DNA of 64,000 nt, from NCBI GenBank assembly GCA_905216175.1, contig CAJMSV010000002.1:5725-69724 (forward strand). The letters are read 5' to 3'. The notes under the pieces are model-generated. The model was not told the origin of the DNA. It saw only the letters and a program-made list of their open reading frames with translations, and did no database searches. Shown piece by piece: positions 57,647-64,000 of the stretch (positions are counted from its first letter, which is position 1; the number at the start of each line of letters is the position of its first letter). Made by a program: the position numbers and the translations under genes. This stretch comes from an uncultured bacterium (GTDB lineage: Bacteria; Actinomycetota; Coriobacteriia; Coriobacteriales; Coriobacteriaceae).

Positions 57647-59005
57647 CTACTCGTTCTTGGGCGCGGGGTGCTTGCAGATCACACTCATGTAGATCATGCC
57701 AAGTACGGCCGCGGTGACAGAGCCGGCGAGAATAGCGGCCTTGGCGGCCAGAACCTCAAACTGGGCCGTCGGGAAGGCAAGGCCGCTGATGAGAATCGAC
57801 ATGGTAAAGCCGATGCCGCCCAGAATGCCCACACCGGCAATCATGTGCCAGTTGACATTGCGCGGCAGCTCGCAGGCCCTAAGCTTAACCAGGGCAAACG
57901 TCATGCCAAAGATACCGATCGGCTTACCCAGCAGCATGCCAAAGTACACGCCGAGCGTCACCGGGTCGGTGAGTAGCGTGCTCATGTCCACGCCCACTAG
58001 GCGAACCTGTGCGTTCACGAACGCAAAGATCGGCAGGATCACAAAGTTGACCGGCGTGGAGATCAGACGCTCCATGCGAATGAGCGGCGGGGTCACGCGG
58101 TGCATGACGCGCTCGACCTTGGTGGTCGAGACGGTAAAGTCATGCTGGCCCAGAATGTGCGCCTCGTCATCGTAGCGGTCATCGAGCAGCGGCAGGCACT
58201 CGCCCAACCAATCGGTGAGGCTATCGAGCTTGACGCCGCACTTGGCCGGGATGGTAAAGGCCAAGATGACGCCGGCGAGCGTAGCATGCACGCCGCTCTT
58301 GAACATGCAGAACCACAGCAGCAGGCCCAGCACCGAGTACGGGGCAAGGCGGTAATGCTGCGTCTTGTTGAGCCACACGAGCGCGCAGGTCACAAGCGCG
58401 GCGGCGCCCAACCAAAACGGATTGGGGCTCTGACCGTAGAAGATGGCGATGGCGGCGATGGAAATGAGGTCGTCGGCGATGGCGAGCGTCGAGAAGAACA
58501 CGCGCACGCCGTTGGGCACGCGATTACCCAAAAGCGACAGCACGCCCAGCGCAAAGGCAATATCGGTTGCCATGGGAATGGCCCAGCCGTTGTGCGCGCC
58601 GGCATGGTTAAAGATCAGATAGATGCAGGCGGGAACGACGACGCCGCCCACGGCCGCCAGCATGGGAAGCATAGCCTGGCGCGGGTTTTTGAGCTCGCCG
58701 ACCGTCATCTCGTACTTAAGCTCAATGCCCACCAGCAAAAAGAAAATCGCCATGAGGAAGTCGTTGACGAATAGTTCAACGGTGAGACCGGCCGTAAGGT
58801 TGCCCAGACCCACATACAGCGGGGTCTCCAAAAAGTGATGGATGGCCTCGTAGGCATCGGTATTGGCGCAAATGACGGCGGCGATGGCGGCGAAGACCAT
58901 GACGGCGGCGGAAATCGTGCCGTTCTCGGCGATGCGCTCCCAGATGTCGTGACGTTCAAAGCGCTTGCGCTCACGAACGTTGAACAGCTGCTCAGTTGCT
59001 GCCAT
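57647..59005 (-). CDS. nhaA: Na+/H+ antiporter NhaA
   Basis: VNDFLMAIFF, GWAIPMATDIAF, LAIADD, SGVHAT, GKPIGI and GIGFTMS motifs. Confidence 0.95.
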   Translation of the reverse strand: MAATEQLFNVRERKRFERHDIWERIAENGTISAAVMVFAAIAAVICANTDAYEAIHHFLETPLYVGLGNLTAGLTVELFVNDFLMAIFFLLVGIELKYEMTVGELKNPRQAMLPMLAAVGGVVVPACIYLIFNHAGAHNGWAIPMATDIAFALGVLSLLGNRVPNGVRVFFSTLAIADDLISIAAIAIFYGQSPNPFWLGAAALVTCALVWLNKTQHYRLAPYSVLGLLLWFCMFKSGVHATLAGVILAFTIPAKCGVKLDSLTDWLGECLPLLDDRYDDEAHILGQHDFTVSTTKVERVMHRVTPPLIRMERLISTPVNFVILPIFAFVNAQVRLVGVDMSTLLTDPVTLGVYFGMLLGKPIGIFGMTFALVKLRACELPRNVNWHMIAGVGILGGIGFTMSILISGLAFPTAQFEVLAAKAAILAGSVTAAVLGMIYMSVICKHPAPKNE

Positions 59006-59272
59006 GGGCGGCTCCTTTCACGGGAAAGCTCCCGTCTTAAAAAAGCACGGCCCGCCCAAGTGGCGGCGCCGCGCTCTAACGTATTACGCTTGCATCTAGC
59101 CTACCCTGCGCGACAAGCGCGCAAGCGCGGCCGAAAAGCGGAACCACAGGTTGAACATTATTTGCTCAACGGCACGGGTACGCCTGTCCAAGAGACGACG
59201 CGGCGCCGTGCACAAAAAACGACCGGAGCGCGGGGCGTCCGCGATCCGGTCGTGGCGTTTGGTCAACTAAAC

Positions 59273-60196
59273 CTAGCAGGCGGCCATGATGGGGGCAGCG
59301 ACCTGCTTCTTACGGGAGAGGACGCCCGGCATCCAGACGCCGTCGTGCTCGTCGGCAATGCCCAGGCCCCTCTGAGCAGCCTCGGTCTCGCCCTCGAGCA
59401 GGACCTGCGAGCCCTCCTCCATGATGTCGGTGATGCACAGGACGATGCCGTCAGCACCCTTCTCGGCGGCGTAGGCGCGCATGGCCTCGCGAATCTCGTC
59501 GATCATGCCGAGCGCGCGGCTCTTGTCGACGGTCTCGTACTGGCCAATGAGCAGCTTCTTGCCAGCGGGCTCGAACATCTTGATGTCGTTGCCGACCATC
59601 TCGGCTGCGGTGAAGGAGCCGGACGGACGGGTAAGGAAGACCTCCATGCCAAACTTGACCGGGTCGACGCCCACCTGCTCGCCGAGCTTGGCGGCGGCGG
59701 CGCGGTCGACATCGGTGGTGGTGGGGCTCTTGAGCATGAGCGTGTCGGTCATCATGGCCGAGAGCAGCAGCTTAGCCTGAACGTCGGAAAGCTCAACGCC
59801 GAGCACGCCGGCGAGCTTGGTGACGATGGTGCAGCTGGAGCCCCAGGGCAGGCAGATGTAGTGCAGCGGGCCGGCGGTCTCGAAGTCGCCGATGCGGTGA
59901 TGATCGACAACGCCAAAGACCGTGGCGTCCTTAAGACCGGCGACGGACTGGGCGGACTCGTTGTGGTCGGTGAGAACGACGAGCTGGCCGGCCTCGACGG
60001 ACTCGATCACGCGGGGCTCGGCAATGCCGGCGTCGGCGAGCAGCTTGGCGGACTCGGCCGGAAGCTGACCCAGAGCGCAAGCCTCGTAGGTGTTGCCAGC
60101 ATACTCAACCTGGTTGAGCAGCTGGGACAGGACGACGGCGCTCATGATGGCGTCGTTATCGGGGTTCTGGTGACCAAAGACAAGAACGTTTGCCAT
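59273..60196 (-). CDS. ppaC: Mn-dependent inorganic pyrophosphatase (family II)
   Basis: GHQNPDND, LTDHNE, VDHH, DTLMLKSPTTT and SRKKQV motifs. Confidence 0.93.
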   Translation of the reverse strand: MANVLVFGHQNPDNDAIMSAVVLSQLLNQVEYAGNTYEACALGQLPAESAKLLADAGIAEPRVIESVEAGQLVVLTDHNESAQSVAGLKDATVFGVVDHHRIGDFETAGPLHYICLPWGSSCTIVTKLAGVLGVELSDVQAKLLLSAMMTDTLMLKSPTTTDVDRAAAAKLGEQVGVDPVKFGMEVFLTRPSGSFTAAEMVGNDIKMFEPAGKKLLIGQYETVDKSRALGMIDEIREAMRAYAAEKGADGIVLCITDIMEEGSQVLLEGETEAAQRGLGIADEHDGVWMPGVLSRKKQVAAPIMAAC

Positions 60197-60364
60197 GGAT
60201 ATCCTCCACTTGATATGTGTACTTGGACGTAGCTATGGTAGCACGCCGATGCCGAGCCTTCGCAGACGGAAGGGCCACGGCATATTTTGGGGCGCAGGCA
60301 CGGGGGCCAAGGCTGTCCCTTTTGCACCATGTTGGTGCAATGTAACCTGTCCCCCTTGCACCAG

Positions 60365-61318
60365 CTATTTACCGGCGGCGCGCAGGGCTACGTAGGCAGC
60401 ACCGATGATGCCGGCGTCGTTTCCGAGCGAAGCGACCTTAATGGGCGTCTCGCGCGAGGCAGAAAGCGCGTAGCGCTGGAAATGCTCACGAACTGCGTCG
60501 AGGTAGACATCGGCCGAAGCGGACGCGCCGCCACCGATCAGGAACATCTCGGGGTCGACCACGTTGGCAATGAGCACCAGGGCACGGCCGAGATAGTCGG
60601 CCATGGTATCGGCAGCTGCCAGCGCGAGCTTGTCGCCCTCGCGGCAGGCCTGGAACACGTCCTTGGAATCGGAGGGGCCGGTGAGCTCGATGGGCTCGAC
60701 GCCCGCCTTCTTGCACTCGGCCAGGTAATTGCTCACCACGCCGGTGGCGCTGGAATACTGCTCCAGGTGGCCATGGCCGCCGCAGCCGCAGGTGCGCTCC
60801 TCAGCCGGGTTCAGGCACATGTGGCCGATCTCGCCGCCAGCACCCACAACGCCCGATACCACATCGCCGTTAACGATAACGCCGCCGCCCACGCCGGTAC
60901 CGATGGTGACCATAACCACGTTCTGCACGCCCTTGGCAGAACCGAGCCAGGCCTCGCCCATGGCAGCGGCGTTGGCATCGTTCTCATACTTAACGACCGC
61001 ATCGGGGCAGTGCTCCTGAATGGCGATCTTGAGCTCGGGCAGGTTAATGGCAATGTTGGCCTTGACCTTGGCATCGCCCGACGCCGGGATGGGACACGGA
61101 ACGGCCAGGCCAATGCCCGCCACAAAGGCACGCGGAATCTGTGCCTTGGCGACCACCTGGTCGATAGCCTCGGTCACCGCGGCAAAGCCCGCAGCGTCAA
61201 CGATAGGAGGCGTGGGCACGCTGGCCTTGGCAAGCAGGTTGCCGTCCTCGTCGAACAGGCCCTCCTTAACCGAAGTGCCGCCGACGTCGATGCCGATGTA
61301 GTACTGCTTAGGTTCCAT
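60365..61318 (-). CDS. ROK-family glucokinase
   Basis: GIDVGGT, ENDANAAA, GTGVGGG, GEIGH and CGCG motifs. Confidence 0.9.
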   Translation of the reverse strand: MEPKQYYIGIDVGGTSVKEGLFDEDGNLLAKASVPTPPIVDAAGFAAVTEAIDQVVAKAQIPRAFVAGIGLAVPCPIPASGDAKVKANIAINLPELKIAIQEHCPDAVVKYENDANAAAMGEAWLGSAKGVQNVVMVTIGTGVGGGVIVNGDVVSGVVGAGGEIGHMCLNPAEERTCGCGGHGHLEQYSSATGVVSNYLAECKKAGVEPIELTGPSDSKDVFQACREGDKLALAAADTMADYLGRALVLIANVVDPEMFLIGGGASASADVYLDAVREHFQRYALSASRETPIKVASLGNDAGIIGAAYVALRAAGK

Positions 61319-61600
61319 GGGAGCCCGCCTTTCTCGTTTAAACATTGCCTGTATGGTACCGCTCCCAAGGCAAAAACCTACCAAAAAGGGACAGGTTTGT
61401 TTTGGCAGGTTTTATCTGGGAAAACGCGAATGGCCGCTTAACACGACATTACTCAGATGTTTATCTATTTAGAGCGCTCTAATTTATATGCAAAGCGACT
61501 TTTAATTATATCTTTCTCGAACTTTTTAAATATATAATAGGGATGCTTAGGTGTTAACTATACTTTCTTTTATACTCAACCAAGTTGGAAAGGAGGTTCC

Positions 61601-62320
61601 ATGATTCCCAAATACGAGGCGATAGCTGCAGATATTCGTCGCACCATCGAGGATGGCACTCTTAAACCGGGCGACAAGCTTCCTACCGTCGTTGAGTTCT
61701 GCAAGCTCTATAACGTTTCCAAAATCACCGTCAAACGAGCTATTGAACAAATCACCGAAGAAGGTCTTATTACCAGCCGGCGTGGATCGGGTACCTACGT
61801 TAAGGACACGGCGGGGCTTCCCGGCCAGGCGTTTTTCCAGGGCAAAAACGCCCGTACCCAGGGTTTTTCGTATGAGCATCGCGGGGAGAAGGTGACCTCG
61901 GTGGTCTACGATTTCTCGATCGTTAATCCACCAGCGGACATCGCAGCCCAGCTGGGAATTGCCGAGGATGACTTTGCCTATCACGTCGTGCGCGTGCGTC
62001 AGGCCGATGAGAAGCCCATCGTTATCGAGTACACCTACATGCCCCTCGAGCTGATTCCAGGCCTTAAAAAGAAGGACCTGTACGGATCGGTCTACCGCTT
62101 CATCCGCGAGCAATGTGGGCTGAAGATTTCGAGCTTCCACCGTACCATTCGCGCCGTGGCAGCAACCGAAGAAGAAGCCGAGCGTCTGGACACCAAACTT
62201 GGCTCTCCCCTGCTCGAGCTCGCCCAGATTGGCTTTTTGGACAGCGGCGCCGCCTTTGAGTATTCGATCTCGCGCAACGTTGGCGATCGCTTTGAGTTGC
62301 ACAACGTAACGTTGGCATAG
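61601..62320 (+). CDS. GntR (UTRA) transcriptional regulator
   Basis: PKYEAIA...VSKITVKRA...RRGSGTYV; AAAGGAGG RBS. Confidence 0.9.
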   Translation: MIPKYEAIAADIRRTIEDGTLKPGDKLPTVVEFCKLYNVSKITVKRAIEQITEEGLITSRRGSGTYVKDTAGLPGQAFFQGKNARTQGFSYEHRGEKVTSVVYDFSIVNPPADIAAQLGIAEDDFAYHVVRVRQADEKPIVIEYTYMPLELIPGLKKKDLYGSVYRFIREQCGLKISSFHRTIRAVAATEEEAERLDTKLGSPLLELAQIGFLDSGAAFEYSISRNVGDRFELHNVTLA

Positions 62321-62394
62321 GTTTTTGTAGTCACGCGGGCGCTCGTTTTGAGCCGTCTTACGCGGCACCCGCACAACCTTATGGGAGTATGCAC

Positions 62395-63327
62395 ATGTCC
62401 GATTTGATTAAACTCACGCCGATCTTCCACGAGAAGATCTGGGGCGGCCGCCAGTTGGAGACCGTGATTGGCTACGACATTCCCGAGGGTCCCATCGGTG
62501 AGTGCTGGGCCATCTCGGCCCATCCCAACGGCGACTGCCAGATTGCGGAGGGACCGTACGCCGGCCACACGCTGTCGTGGCTGTGGGCCGAGCACCGCGA
62601 GCTCTTTGGCAACTGCGAGGGCAAGGAGTTCCCGCTGCTCATCAAGATTCTGGACGCCAAGGACGACCTTTCGATCCAGATTCATCCCAACGACGAGTAC
62701 GCCGCCAAGCACGAGAACGGCAGCCTGGGCAAAACCGAGTGCTGGTATGTACTGGACTGCGAGCCCGGTGCCACGATCATCGTCGGCCAGCGCGCGCACG
62801 ACCGCGCCGAGGCCGCGCAGATGATCGAGGGGGGCCGTTGGGACGAGATGCTCAACGTGCTGCCGATTCACAAGGGAGACTTTTTCCAGATCGACTCCGG
62901 CACCGTTCACGCCATCAAGACCGGCACGCTGATTCTGGAGACGCAGCAGTCGAGCGACGTGACATATCGCCTGTACGACTACGACCGCCCCGGCACCGAC
63001 GGAAAGCTGCGCCCGCTGCACATTGAGCAGAGCCTCGACTGCATCGACTTTGATGCTCAGGCTCCGACCGACGGCACGGTGACCGCGCCCGAGGTGGACG
63101 GCGTGACCGAGCTCGAGTCCAACCCCTGCTACACCGTCGATCGCGTGCGCGCCAACGGCAGCAAGACCCTCGACCAGCGCTGGCCCTTCATGTGCCTGTC
63201 GGTCATCGACGGCGAAGGCACCGTCTGCGGCGACCCCGTCCACAAGGGAAGCCACCTGCTGGCCCCGAGCACCGTCAGCTCCATCGACCTCGAAGGCAAG
63301 ATGGAACTGATCGTCTCGCACCTGTAG
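62395..63327 (+). CDS. manA: Mannose-6-phosphate isomerase, class I
   Basis: KIWGG, GECWAISAH, FPLLIK.LDA, LSIQIHP, GKTECW and ETQQSSDVTYR motifs. Confidence 0.9.
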   Translation: MSDLIKLTPIFHEKIWGGRQLETVIGYDIPEGPIGECWAISAHPNGDCQIAEGPYAGHTLSWLWAEHRELFGNCEGKEFPLLIKILDAKDDLSIQIHPNDEYAAKHENGSLGKTECWYVLDCEPGATIIVGQRAHDRAEAAQMIEGGRWDEMLNVLPIHKGDFFQIDSGTVHAIKTGTLILETQQSSDVTYRLYDYDRPGTDGKLRPLHIEQSLDCIDFDAQAPTDGTVTAPEVDGVTELESNPCYTVDRVRANGSKTLDQRWPFMCLSVIDGEGTVCGDPVHKGSHLLAPSTVSSIDLEGKMELIVSHL

Positions 63328-63472
63328 ATCGCACCAACAACCCAAACGAAACAAGGGGCTCCCCCGTCCATGTACGGGAGAGCCCCTTGCCATATCTATT
63401 TATCAGCCCACCCGGCTCTCCAGACCAAAAAGGCAGACAAGCAAAGCGATGTTCGCAAGCAACCTTAACTAA

Positions 63473-63602
63473 GGACCTGGGCGGGCGCATAGGGCAACAT
63501 CGATCGCGAGTTCCGCACGCAAAGGAGAGCACTTAATGTGCTCTCCGTCTTGCGCAGGACTGTCCGAGCAGGCGATGTTGCCCTATACGCCCGCCCAGGT
63601 CC
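63473..63602. repeat. 130-bp long intergenic hairpin
   Basis: 30-bp arms with one mismatch, plus an inner stem GGAGAGCAC-TTAAT-GTGCTCTCC. Confidence 0.85.
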
Positions 63603-63609
63603 GCCGGGA

Positions 63610-64000
63610 TCACGACAGCTTGACGATCGGCGCGAAGCCTTTCATTAGCTTTTTGGTCTGGCCGGTCTTTTCGAATTGGACCTCAATCATGTCTCCGGCG
63701 ACCGAGATCACGGTGCCCGTGCCAAAGGTCTTATGACTCACGGTATCGCCCGCGGCAAAGTCTTGCGATGCGCTGGCACGATCGACCTTGCGCTCCACCG
63801 TCGGGGATACCTTGGATGACGGCTTTTTGGCTCGCGGCGCACCCGAACCAAAGGTCGAGGCAACACGGCCGGCGGCGGGCGAGACCCCACGATGGCGCTC
63901 GGTCCCGTAGCTGCTGCCGCCAAAGAAATCGTCAAAACTCGATCCACCGCGCGAACCGGAACCGCCGGTCGAGCGCGTATGCGAACCAAACACCTTGCCG
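63610..64000 (-). CDS. pcrA: C-terminus of UvrD/PcrA helicase (5' part outside the window)
   Basis: Gly/Ser-rich linker then GDTVSHKTFGTGTV...IEVQF...KKLMKGFAPIVKL, the Tudor-like C-terminal domain. Confidence 0.75.
   Translation of the reverse strand, partial: GKVFGSHTRSTGGSGSRGGSSFDDFFGGSSYGTERHRGVSPAAGRVASTFGSGAPRAKKPSSKVSPTVERKVDRASASQDFAAGDTVSHKTFGTGTVISVAGDMIEVQFEKTGQTKKLMKGFAPIVKLS

Overview
This is a high-GC chromosomal window whose gene content and codon style suggest Coriobacteriia, probably Collinsella-like (inference). 1-21.7 kb is an expanded lactose-type PTS region: three LacI / EIICB / 6-phospho-beta-galactosidase modules, a Phd-RelE toxin-antitoxin pair, a lower-GC fourth EIICB module, a DeoR/LacR regulator and galM. 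Four arrays of a ~63-bp palindromic repeat (9 units, ~80-bp period) sit at the module boundaries and were not seen elsewhere in the window. 22-33 kb holds tRNA-Thr(CGT) and an N-acetylhexosamine (aga/nag-like) catabolic cluster with a mannose-family PTS. 34-64 kb is mostly housekeeping genes (idh, DegV, hpf, comF, ricT-like, holB, tmk, topA, hypAB, tatBC, nhaA, ppaC, ROK kinase, manA, 3' end of pcrA). It also carries a raiA-motif structured ncRNA at 42378-42642 (minus strand), a DUF559-like nuclease-fold gene next to a MITE-like element, and a palindrome-flanked zinc-ribbon gene. Other points of note are two 3'-gene remnants bracketing inserted cassettes, an EIIB paralogue lacking its catalytic His, paralogue-specific LacI operators, and a recurring ACCGYTYACCG motif, often in pairs 21 bp apart, in the sugar promoters. 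All calls were made by eye from the sequence and ORF track; no database searches were run.
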